This document shows, one piece after another, positions 37,406 to 49,550 of a stretch of 64,000 bases of DNA (position 1 is the first letter of the stretch; each line of letters begins with the position of its first letter). Below the pieces are notes generated by a model. The model ran no database searches, was not told the DNA's origin, and saw nothing but the letters and a program-made list of their open reading frames with translations. Origin of the DNA: Gekko japonicus (Eukaryota). The position numbers and the translations under genes were made by a program. The stretch covers positions 1,230,029-1,294,028 of the forward strand of contig NW_015175362.1 of NCBI RefSeq assembly GCF_001447785.1, given 5' to 3'.

Positions 37406-39057
37406 CCATCACCATTTGTTCTGCCACCACATTATGTAAAGTGCTGCACATTAGGTTCATGGCTCAGGAAATCAGTTAAAATAGAACAGTTTTCTTCGTT
37501 ACTTGTTTCACTAGATGCAAGAGACAGCAAACACCGAGAAAAGACTAAACTATCTATCTGATGAAAAGGGTTTCAGGTAACATGTTTAAGCCACAAATAA
37601 TCAGTTAGCTTTTATACTGCTTCAAAACTCCTTTTGCTTCAAGAGACTAATATGACTTTCCCCTTTCTCATTAATGCAAAACAGGGAAAATTTATTCAAA
37701 TAATCAAAAAGCAGCAACAATTACGCAGTAACCACAATTGTAATCCAACCAGCCACATTCAATCTACATGAAAAGCCTATTAGTTTGTGATGGGTGTGAA
37801 GATAGTTTGCTTGCCACCCTCACACATTCCCTCCCTCTTCTCCTGTTCAACCAATTGAATTCAGCATCTAAATGCAGGCACCTTGGCAAACTGGTGTGTA
37901 TGTGGTATCCTTCCACAAACCAGGATTTGAGTTTGAGGGCAAGAAACTTTCCAGTTTGCTCAGGTACCTGCTTTAAGACACCACTAAAATTTGATCAAAA
38001 GCTTGCTAGTTTGGGAATTTTCAGTCACCCTCTATGCATAAGGGGCAGATGAAGAGTATATATAAGCATGGCAATCAAGTCATGTTCATACCCATCACCG
38101 AACAGATAGAGGATTGTTGTGTTGCCTGAATGCAGCCATAATGCAAATCACATCTATATGATGTGAAAGATGCACTATTATTAATGTAGCACACTAGAAT
38201 GTTATTTGTGAGTTATCACATATAGCATATATATTTGATTGTGGGACTCATTCAGTGTACATCTTCCTTTTCTTTGATTTCCTATCAAAGAGAAGGAAGG
38301 TATAGTAAAGCAAAGGAGCAGTTATGTTCTAAACAAATTATGAAAAGGCACGCAACAGTTTACTCTCAAGTCAAGATTTCCCTAAATGCATATATTTACC
38401 CCCTTAAGGTTGCGTTAAAGAAAATTATTCAAATATACATAACCTACTACCAGAGGTGCAGTCATTCTGAACTCATTTGTCTGTACTCTATTTTATACTC
38501 TTAATGGCTTATAACAAATCAGTTTTCTTCTTTCCTCCCAACTCATGTGGTTCTTTTGCATGCTAATGGCCAGCAAATGAACTTTATTTTCAACCTGTCT
38601 TTGGACATATATTGGTTCAGGAGTTAGCAATTCCATACAAAATGTAGAATCAAAACACTAACACTGTTCTATAGCTATATACAGTCTGCCTGTAGAAATC
38701 TACTGACAAGAATTCATCCGTTGTCTTTCCTCTAGTTCTATGATGCTTCCCCTCCAAAAAGTGGCTGAATACTTTTGAAAGTGAAGGTGTTTCACTTGCC
38801 TTTGGCAAACGGGAAAGGGATACAGACCTAACTATTTTCCTAGTATAAGTTCGCATCAACTAATCTAAACAGAACAGGCAAAAGGGACCTCAGAGCTGAG
38901 GCAGCTGGCTACGAGAAAAAGAGAATTTTCCATAGTGGCAAGCTTGCTTCTAGAATGCTTACCATCTTCAGGCTCACCTGGCACCCATTTCTTTTTACAC
39001 TTCTCTTTACTCAAGGCCAGGGATGGTCACAAACCAGGAAAATGGAGGTTTGTCCTG

Positions 39058-39330
39058 GCAGGCGGGTGCTCAGAGGTGCAGAAATCGAGGATCTTAGGGT
39101 CCAAAGTGCAAGGAGGGGGGAGGTCTAGTGCAGGAGGGGGGGTGGCAAGTTGGCAGTACAGATGGGCAAGTATGGCAAGGGTAGCTGGTAATGACAGACA
39201 GGTGCCCAGAGGCGCAGAAGTCCATAGGGTCCAAAAAGCGAAGCGGGGGGGGGGGCCTAGCACAGGAGGAGGGGACAAGTTGCAAAGCCAAGTTGATGGG
39301 CAAGTACAGCAAGGGCAGCTGGTGATGCCA
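39058..39330. repeat. Diverged ~135-bp G-rich tandem duplication
   Basis: cagagg(t/c)gcagaa...agggtccaaa...gatgggcaagta...aaggg(t/c)agctggt occurs twice. Confidence 0.7.
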
Positions 39331-39491
39331 AGCCTGCAGAAGCAGAGGATCTTACGATGGCAAACCCTTGGATCAGCATGTAGGTTGTTTTAATTTCATA
39401 TTAAAGGGCAGGAAATGAAAGAAATTTCAAGCACAGCATAGGGCCCTATCACAAAAATGCCCTTTTATACCATTTGTTCTTAATCACTTAC

Positions 39492-39608
39492 TTTAAGAGC
39501 TGTAGTTTTTCTCCGTTTAGGAACCATCTTTTCACTTTCCTCTGTGACATCTGGACTGCTTTCTTGAGCAGTTTCTTTAACAACTGCAGCATCAATAGCA
39601 GGATGAGG
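39492..39608 (-). CDS. PSIP1: PSIP1 coding exon 4 (extra exon relative to the human 530-aa p75)
   Basis: catag|PHPAIDAAVVKETAQESSPDVTEESEKMVPKRRKTTALK|gtaagt; 117 nt, phase 0-0, open frame. Confidence 0.85.
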
Positions 39609-41041
39609 CTATGGATAATTACCAGCACGTAAGTAAATCAACAGGAAATACAGATGTTATAGAGTAGTAATCAATTTCAAGGCAAGAGATTTTTGAATAA
39701 ATTTTGATGGATTCAATATATACACACAACTTAATCAATTAGAACAACGGTAATTTGACTAATAAAATGCTTTTGTAATCAGGAAACGTACTTTATAAGT
39801 TTACACAGCTGAAGAGGTTGTGCTTAACTAATAAATGCCCAATGGAAACATTTCTAATTAAAATTTTAACAAGGGAATTTAATATGAATAGACAATGCAT
39901 TCAGCAAAATCACTGTAATAGAGAAAGAAGTCTGGAAGTTGCTGGAGGTCTTGTGCCAAAAACCAGGGTCCAGGTTACTCCCACTGGGGCAGTGCTCCTG
40001 GCCTAATGTCTAAGGCTCTGGAATACTTCCCCTGCAGAAAGCTAAAAAGTATACCGCCGTTCTTCAACCCTGTCAGATCTTAGGAGAAAAAAAAATCAAG
40101 TGTCCCAGTTTCTCTTCTGTAACTGCTGACATTGACTTTGTTCCTCAGTTTCAGCAATTACAGATTGTCTTGGATTGCTAAACTGCCAGCATGCCAACTG
40201 TCCGCCATTGTAAACAAAGATTTTCTTTCTAAGGCTAAGTCTATACAGTGATGCTCTGGGCAGAGTGGTAATGAGAAAGCTAGGCAAATATGCCTTAAAA
40301 TACATACTCTTTGCCTGTTTCCAGGCCAGCAAGACAACATGAAGTACAATCAAACATGTTTAAAAACAGTTATTTTATCTTCCACATAGGAAACTGGTAA
40401 CAGGTAAGAGTGTGCAGATAAAGAGATTATTTACACATTGTCTTCATAATGACAGAGCACACAGATTCAAGCCTCCCCCTTTCTGCACACACTTCTGAAA
40501 AAAGAGACTGAGCTGCTTCCACTGGCTATAGAATGTTTCCAAAACTCAAATTACTTCTTCTCTTACTCAGCATCCCTGGAAAGATGATGTCTCAGCCACT
40601 GCCACTCACCCATCCCACATCAAGTGTGCTCCCCTTTTATCCTGGCAGGGTCTGTTTTTTCCTTAGGAGACAGGCAACCCCCCTCCTCCAAGCTCCTTCT
40701 GCATTTTCACTGAATGCCTGTCTATAAATCTGACAAAAAACTGATGCTGTCAGAGACAGTAAAAAGAGATGCAAGTAACAGAAGAAAAAGTTGTTGAGAA
40801 CAAGTAGTGCACAAGTACTGGAAGTCCTCTCTAGCCCTACCACTTGTATTGGCTGTTGGTGGTAGACAGATGGTTCTTTTTTTCTGAAAATGCAGGTACC
40901 TGAAGAATAACAGGAGGACTGGTGTGTCATTATGCAGAAAGTTAACATAATGTTCATGTAGTTATAAGCAGAATTTGACCCACTAAGCTGTAGAAGAAGC
41001 TTTCTGAGAGCTGCAATTTTTATGACCTAGCATCTTAATTA

Positions 41042-41299
<258 letters not shown>

Positions 41300-41434
41300 T
41301 TAGACATTGTATCTACACTTGGTGCATTGTACTAAACTATTTCTCATCACAGCTGCTAATTTGGAGAAGTATGCTTTAAATTTTATTCTTTTAGAACATC
41401 TCAGGGTCCCAGCAAGCATTTAGACAGAAGTGGC

Positions 41435-41860
41435 ACAATGGACATTGTTTACTAGGATTTGCAAAAACTTTTGGGCAAATGCTTTAACAAATGCTTTTGA
41501 TAAAACAGCAAGCATGAAGTGGCATCTTCTCATGGACTGGTAACTGGGTACCCTATATACACAAAGGTTGACCTCCCTATTTTTTTTACTTTTTAATATA
41601 ATCAATTTAATAAGGTTGATCTCCCTAAATGATCAAGGTCAGGGATGAACAGCAATGTAGCCAGTCTTGCAAATTACACCAGGTCATTCAAGATAAGATT
41701 CAAACAGCCCACAAAACCCACCACAAAATCTCCACATACTGGACATTATAATGGCAGATGATATTCAACATGAAGGAAGTGATATACGTTAGAACAAAAC
41801 CAATTCTGATTTCATAAATACGTAGGAGATTTTAAATGGCTTTATACAAGTAGCAAGAAG
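41435..41860 (+). mobile_element. Highly decayed CR1 RT fragment
   Basis: Remnants resembling the DIVYLDF and WQMxFN motifs. Confidence 0.4.
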
Positions 41861-42801
41861 ATTTTGAGAATGTAGGAAAAGTTCCTTTTCATTTATGAAA
41901 CCTTTAAACTATGTCCTCCAACAATACTAGAGTAGTGAAAAAAATCCAAACCAGTGTTGGGAATCATTAGGAAAATGAATGCTAACACACAGTGAACAAA
42001 CAAGAGTACTGCAAGGAATGGCTGGGTGAGAGGGAAGAACGTGAATATCCTCTCTAAAACTCAACCACCCCAAACACCCACCTGTTTTCCATCTTTTCCA
42101 ATACTCCTCTGCCATTTTCCAGGGTCTTATTTTAGTTAATTTTCCAGGATTTTTAAAAAAAGTTTTGTTTATTTATAACATTTTCCTGTGTTCCTGGGGA
42201 GTCCCCCAAATAAACACCATGATGTTGTTTTTGAGTAGCTTTTTTTTTGCTTCAGTCATCCATGCAAAACCAGCCAATTCATTATTAAATACAGTTAGAT
42301 CCCACTCTCACTAAACAGTCATATTGGAAAACTAGTAGTTATATCTTGGAAAAAATAGAGTGGGACAAGGCACAACAAAGAAACTAAATGAGGACAAAGG
42401 TAAAAAACCATTTTGTTATGAAGACAGGCTCTAATCCTGGCTTACAAATTTTGATTTTATTTTCTTTGGCTCTAACCCTCCACTCTTATTCTTGTTGGAA
42501 GGACTCAATGGGCATTATGGAAAGTCTGTTCCTCCAAGAATCCAGAATCCTTCTCCATGGTATCTGTCTGGGGCAGAGGAAAGCTGAGTCTAAGCAAGCA
42601 TAACAATATTCATCATCATTAACATATATAATTCTCAACATAGCCCCCACCTGTGGATACTTAAATCCAGAGACTTAAAGCCATGAGTGGACATGACAGA
42701 TTTTCCTACTGACCTGAGAAAAGCACCAGGTTTGAAGAAACATCTAAAACTAAACAAACAAACAAACTTTTTTTTTTGGGGGGGGGGAGCTAAACCTTTC
42801 T

Positions 42802-42992
42802 AAAATAATAAATAAATAAATAAATAAATGGAATGCCTGCAGCCTATTTGTACTGGTTTTTAAACTGTATAATATGTTTTTTAAATTATATAAATTGTGT
42901 TTTTTACTGCTGCAAGATTTTTTGCCTGTAAGCCGCCCTGAGCCCTACGGGGGAGGGCGGGATATAAATCTGACTAATAAATAAATAAATAA
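42802..42992 (+). mobile_element. LINE/SINE 3' tail flanked by (AAAT)n microsatellites
   Basis: gtaagccgccctgagcc...gggcgggatataaat followed by aataaataaataa, an L2-type tail. Confidence 0.6.
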
Positions 42993-43254
42993 ACAAATGC
43001 TCTCAGTGACCGTTGCTAGGCAACCACAACAGTACAGCCCCCATTCAAACCTTGGTTTCTATCAGTAAAAGGCAGGGAGAGAGAATAAGGCCCTTTCTGG
43101 GGATGTTTTGGCTTTTGAGAGAGAAAGCTCATCAGAGCAAGGTCAGGCAGCAACCACCAGAGGACTCAATACCACCTGGCTTGCATAATTCACCCAGGCT
43201 TGGCTGCTTGCTACAGTTCAACAGCAGCCACCCCAAGAAAGCCAGTGGGTAGCA

Positions 43255-44496
43255 GTTACCCATGGATCTCATGGATTGCTGCCTCAGCGTGGCAAGGGGG
43301 CTTGCGTGGTTCGATGAGGCTGCAGGCTATATCATGGAGGGCCAACCAGGACAGCCACAGTGGAGAACTCAGACCAAATGTGATCCACTGGAGAAGGAAA
43401 TGGCAACCCACTCCAGTACTTTTGCCAAAAAAAACCCATGGACAGTAACAAAAGGCTAAAAGATATGACACGCTGGAAGATGAGCCCCTCAGGTCAGAAG
43501 GTTTCCAATATGCTACTGAGGAAGAGCAGAGGGCAAGTACAAGTAACCCCAGAAAGAATGAAGTGTCTGATGCAAAGAAATGCAAGAAAGCAAAGTGGCT
43601 GTCTGATGAGGCTTTACAAATAGCAGAGCAAAGAAGGAAGGCAAAAGGCAAAGGTGAAAAGGAAAGATTTACCCAACTGAATACAGATGTCCAGAGAACA
43701 GCAAGGAGAGAAAAGGAGGCCTTCCTGATGAACAATGCAAATAGAGAAAAACAACAGAGTAGGAAGGACTAGAGCTCTCTTCAAGAAAACTGAAGACATC
43801 AAGGGAACGTTACATGCAAAGCTGGCCATGATAAAGGACAAAAATGGCAGGGACCTAACAGAAGCAGAAGAAATTAGGAAGAGGTGGCAAAAGTACACAA
43901 AGAACTATACCAGGATGACAACCACGGCGGTGTGATCGCTGACTTCGAGCCAGACATCTTAGACTGTGAAGTCAAATGGACCTTAGAAAGCATTACTAAC
44001 AACAAAGCTAGCAGAGGGGATGGTATCCCAGCTGAGCTATTGAAAGGCCTAAAAGATGATGCTTTTAAAATGCTGCATTCCATATGCCAGCAAATTTGGA
44101 AAATGCAACAGTGGCCACAGAATTGGAAAAGGTCAGTTTACATTCCAATCCCAAAGAAGGGCAATGCCAAGGAATGTTCACGCTATTGCACAATTGCACT
44201 CATTTATTTCACACGCTAGCAAGGTCATGCTCAAGATCCTACAAGCTAGACTCCAGCAGTACACGGATAGAGAACTGCCAGAAATACAAGCTGGGTTTCG
44301 AAGAGGTAGAGGAACATGAGGTCAGATGGCCAACATTCGCTAGATTATGGAGAAAGCAAGGGAGTACCAGAAAAACATCTACTCAATGCAAAAGCCTTTG
44401 ATTGTGTGGACCACAACAAACTGTGGTCAAGAAGGGACAGTTACAACCCGACATGGAACAACTGATTGGTTTAGCATAGGAAAAGGAGTACACCAA
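43255..44496 (+). mobile_element. BovB (RTE) LINE: 5' UTR plus partial ORF, internally deleted and frameshifted
   Basis: BovB-like 5' UTR (ggagaaggaaatggcaacccactccagta). Peptides KKCKKAKWLSDEALQIAE, KASRGDGIPAEL, QQIWKMQQWPQNWKRSVYIPIPKKGNAKEC and QAGFRRGRGT. Confidence 0.92.
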
Positions 44497-45529
44497 CAGA
44501 CACGGATTGTTACTTACACAAAAACTCCAATCACCATCCTCGGCAAAAAAGAGGCATAATCAAAACATTAGTAGACTGCGCAAGATGGATATGTGAACCA
44601 CACTTTCTCAACAATGAACTAAATCATCTAAACCACTCACTTCAAGCAAACGGCTACTCCAAGAATGAAATCAGAAGAGCGATTAAATCAAAGGTAAAAC
44701 AAACAACTGAGGAAAAAGTCTCCCACAGGAAAAGTGTTTTTGCCATATATCAAAGGAATCACTGATCAGATGGGAAAACCTATGAAAAAACACAATCCAC
44801 AAACAGTATTCAGACCCACCAGAAAAATACAACAGATGCTACAACTGGCAAAAGACAGAAGAGATACCCTCACTTCTGCAGGAGTATATCACATACTATG
44901 CAGTTGTGGGCAGGTTTACATCAGGACCACACAGTGAAGCATTCAGAGAAGAATAAAAGAACATGAAAGACACTGCACACTGGGCCAACCTGAAAAATCA
45001 GCAGTGGCTGAACATAGCCTAACTCAAACAGGACACAGTATCTTATTCCAAGACATTGAAAGGCTGGACAACACATCAAATTACCATGTCAGATTACACA
45101 GGGAAGCCACTGAAATTCATAAACCAAACACAATTTCAACAGGAAAGAAGAGAGTTTAAAAATAAATAGGGCATGGTTTCCTGTCCTGAAAAACACAAAA
45201 TGCTCTACATCTTACATTAGGACTACAGATAAGATTAGAATTTCAACAGTCAAACCATATGCAAAAGAACCTCTTCAGGAAAGCTCCTTTATTAGCATGT
45301 CACAGCCTGGGGAACTCCTACAAGATAATGACTCAGCCCTACCCCACCTTCCTGAATAGATATAAATTACCTACATACCATTTTTCTTCTCACAGAGAGT
45401 ACTTGACACAGAGAGTACTCCATCTTTCTGTGTTATACTTCTGAGAATGCCAGTCACAGCTGCTGGCGAAACATCAGGTCCTACAATGCAAAGACCACGG
45501 CCATACAGCCTGGAAAATGTACAACAACT
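44497..45529 (+). mobile_element. Penelope-like element 3' part (RT C-terminus, GIY-YIG endonuclease, terminal region)
   Basis: SNHHPRQKRGIIKTLVD, FLPYIKGITD, GVYHILCSCGQVYI, RIKEHERH, KSAVAEH and NRKEES motifs. Confidence 0.9.
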
Positions 45530-45855
45530 AAGATGCAATTCTGCCATATACCCTTCAAGTTACCCTTTCTCGTTCACCATCCATGATGCATGCTCTCTCT
45601 TTCCTTTCACCCATATCTTTTATGGCCCGTTAGCTTAACAGAAGAAAGGGGAACTAGCATGAGAGGCAGCACATTTGCTTCTCTTGCAACTTTCATCTCA
45701 AGGACCATATCTCTATTACCAGCCACTTTAATGCCCTTGCCTTTTAAATGTCAACAGCCCTGACTTAGGGCAAATCATGTTAGATTCCTATTATGACAGG
45801 TTTCAATATATTACCGAGCCCTGGAGTCCACAGCCCTACTTTTGATGGCCAGGAG

Positions 45856-46645
45856 CAGTCCCGTAGCCAGAAAATTCTCAGGGAGGGGCGCTGGGGGAAC
45901 TAGTGGGGTGTGACATCACAAAATTAAAAATAAATAAAAAATAAAATAAATGCACCAAATTTCCAGCAGAAACTTCACTCTCACTCCAGAAGGCTGTTTC
46001 CACATAGGAGAAGCCGTCCCCTAATCTAGAAGCCTGCTACTGTTTCCTCCAGCATCCCCCTCCGGCTGCGTCCCAACCACTGCTCCATGCAGCAGGAGCA
46101 GCAGAAGCACCAAGGCAGCTCACACCCCTCCCCCCCCCGCAGCGAGGCAAGAGAAGGCGTATGTTCTTCTCCATCAGTCTGGCCAGGGAATGTTGCATCC
46201 TTCCTCCTGCCTCTCCCCTGCAGCTAGCCAGCCAGCCAGCCCTTCCTCCTGAGTTCAGACTGAACTGGTGCCGGGAGGAAGCCTGACCAGAACGACGAAA
46301 CAGCTGCAGCGTCCCTTGCTGCCGCCATAGTGCTCGTCAAGAAATATCAAGTGAGGGAACAAAGGAGGTGTCCATTCCTTTCCGTTCACCTGAGGTGGAG
46401 GCTGCCGAGGGGGAAGGGGTTCCAGCAGCCACTTCTTCCCTATCCTCTGTGGCTCACATGCCTGGGCTGGAGCAGGTGCAGTAAGGCCACCACTGCCCAG
46501 CTGAGTCTACTGGCTGCGAGCTTGCTGCTGGAGCAGTGCTGGGGTTAATTATTTACAAATAAATTAGCCTGATATAAATTTGTGGGGTGTGCATGTAAAT
46601 TAAGGGGGCGTGGCCTCAAAATGCCCCACCTTGATTATTGGCCTG
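45856..46645. mobile_element. Degenerate hAT-like non-autonomous element
   Basis: Ends CAGTCCCGTAGCCA / TGATTATTGGCCTG; flanking direct repeat ccaggag. Confidence 0.5.
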
Positions 46646-46834
46646 CCAGGAGCCCATTACCATGCATTTTCACCTTCTTCCATTGCCTATCGCCATCTCT
46701 GAGGCATGAACTGTTTCGTAGTAAGGCTTTACCACCACATTTGCCAAACAATACAGGGCCACAAATTGGGATCTGCACCTAGGAAGCAGAGTCTGAATAT
46801 CTGATAATAGGTCAGGTCAACCTACTTAGTTAAT

Positions 46835-47022
46835 TAGTTTATACCACACCTTTCTCCGCAATGGGGACCCAAGGTGGCTTATGTCATTCTCCTCTCCTCC
46901 TCCATTTTATCCTCACAACAACCCTGTAAGGCTGAGAGAAACTAGCCCAAGGTCACAAGTGGGGATTCAAACCTGAGTCTTCCAAATACTAGTCCAACAC
47001 TCTTAACCACTACACCACACGG
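46835..47022 (-). mobile_element. Older Squam3/MIR-related SINE
   Basis: ccattttatcctcacaacaaccctgt core and taaccactacacc head on the reverse strand. Confidence 0.75.
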
Positions 47023-47192
47023 GATCTCTGGTTCAACCTCATGTAATAATTCCATTAATATAGGTGTATACTTCAAAATGAAGATCAGAAGCGGCAAAAG
47101 GCTGTTAGTGCAATCTTTAATTTTACAAAGTTTATTTTAATTTTATATTGGCTTTAACAAAGCCAATATAGCTGTGAATTTACATGACTTAC

Positions 47193-47269
47193 GTTTCATG
47201 AGTGCCAAAAAAGAATATAGGCATTTTATTGGTAGGTGGCTTAACTGCTCCATCAGGAACTTCATCCAC
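47193..47269 (-). CDS. PSIP1: PSIP1 coding exon 2 (PWWP)
   Basis: ttag|VDEVPDGAVKPPTNKMPIFFFGTHE(T)|gtaag; 77 nt. Confidence 0.97.
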
Positions 47270-48869
47270 CTAAGGACAGAAAAACAAATTTAAACAAACA
47301 AAAGAACTTAAAGCTGTGCTAGTTACACAAAATACTTTACACAAGCACTATGAAGATAAAGACATTTTATTTCAATATACTTAGTATAATGAGTCTTAGA
47401 GAAACAGCACTTGGGAAAAGAGTGATTAGAGCTTGAATCTAAGAGATTCATTTCCTGGAAAGTGTGCGGAGAATGAAACCTTAAGAAATCATGTATAGGA
47501 TTGGGTATTAGTGCTTATCTGTATACGTATGAATGGTTTTGTGTAAAGATATCTACACAGATTCTGATGATTTATAGATTAAAAACACATAAAATCATTT
47601 GTTAACATATTATTGGATACATCTACTCGATATGATAAAAACTGTACATCTAGCCAAAATCAGGATCATAGGCCCTAATGATTTTTACATATACAACACC
47701 TCAGAACATGCCTCACACTTATCTCTGACACTATCATAAACATTCCACAGACTCCTGCAACAACTCCAGCCACAGAGAGCTCCATATCGTCAAGATTTTT
47801 TACATACAGAATGCAGATTTAACCACAGTTAAAACCTGATTAGAGGAAAACTGTCATTTTTTAAAAAAAGGAACCATCATATCATGGAACAGCTGTAGTG
47901 CAAAATCTCACATGTGAAGCATGTGTACTTACAACTTTCATGAGTGAATCCTACAAATCACCCTTAAGAATAAAGTTTATATCGATATTATTTTACTTCA
48001 TTTTGAAAATCATGCAGATTGAGCTAGTATTGCACTAGCATAAATATCTAGCTTCCATGGCATCCAAGAACTACGCCATAGACATTTCAGGATCATTTTC
48101 ATTTTTTACATATGGATTCTCTAACTCCTCATTTCATTGCATCTATTACAATGACCTGTATTTATCATACCTGGAAAAAATGAAACATGTCGCCTGCTAA
48201 TGACACTGAATGTGTAACAGGTGCCTGACAAAGCATTTGACTGAAGACTAATTAACAACAGTGACATTTACCACATGGATCATTTGTTCCAGATTCAGCA
48301 CTGCTGGGGAAAATACTTACTTAAAAAAACCCCAATAGGAATTCAAAGAACCTGGAGCACAGATTTTTCTATAATGTTTTCAATTGCTGATTTTAAAGAC
48401 ACATGTACCTGAAAAGCCCCATTGTTGTGAGGGAATGGCTGCTGCTAGGGGACTGGGACAAGGAAGCCTACTGTACTGAGGTCAGTTGCTACTGCTTTGT
48501 ATCTACAGCAGCAGCAAGAAGTCTGTCTTTCTGCTGCATATTCATTCAAAATATCCTTTATGTTTTAACAGATTATGCTCGTGATTTAAACAGATTGGAT
48601 GCCATATCGAAACTATTATTTTGAAGCTCAAACACAAATGTTGCATATAAGATTAGGTATACTATATATGCAAATAATGCTCTCACAGGGCTTGGATAGC
48701 ACACCGTTCCTTGCTTACTACTGTCCTGTAACCTGAAACAGTACCCACCTACAAGAATGGGCCATCTAACAAAGCCACAAACCCAGGAAGCAGGTGTTGC
48801 AACAAACTTAAGACGACAATGTTGTCCTTATTTACACTCATGTAGTACAATCACATGACCTAATATCAG

Positions 48870-49550
48870 AACAAAGTTTGAGTACAGTGTGCATGCTCAT
48901 AAAAGCTTATACCTTGGATAAAACTTTGTTGGTCTTAAAAGGTGCCACTAGACTCGAACTTTGTTCTGCTGATTCAGACCAACAAGGCTACCCACCTGAA
49001 TCTATGACCTAATATTGTAAGCTATACCATCTTGGGCTCATTTATTTACTCACCCTTCAATGTAAAATATGCTGTCATGTGTCAGCACTTCTATTCTGTA
49101 CATTGGACAAATATGTGAATCCAATGCAAAATAATAGATGGAAACATGACATTAAAAATGCAGTTGGTGAACCATTTTAATTTTCCAGGGTACTCTGCTA
49201 CTGATTTAAAATTCACAGTTCTTCTATGAAAAACTTCAAATGGGAAATCCAATGCAAAAATTCAGAATCAGAATTTATCAAGATGTTCAACACCACACCA
49301 TCCTCCCTGAGGTCAACAAGGATTTGGGAATTCTCATTCATTATTGGTGCAAATATATTGCACATTACCCCCGTTACAGTTGTTATAATTAGTTTAATCA
49401 CACCTTTAATGTCAGTTGGGAGTAGTCCTCAACCACTGAGTAGCCTGATTACTCTTGTTGATTACAGCCTTTAACATTAATTCATCATCCTTATGGATGC
49501 ACATGTAGACTCCAGTTTTATTTTGCTGCTACAGACCAACAAAGTTGCCT
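48870..49550 (+). mobile_element. Penelope-like remnants
   Basis: Terminal motif aagcttatacc...gttggtcttaaaaggtgccactagactc, and decayed endonuclease C-terminus KNFKWEIQCKNSESEFIKMFNT. Confidence 0.55.

Noticed and set aside
40096-40190. FSNPRQSVIAETEEQ... exon-like frame
   Set aside because: No pyrimidine tract at the acceptor, no donor, and it ends in a stop.
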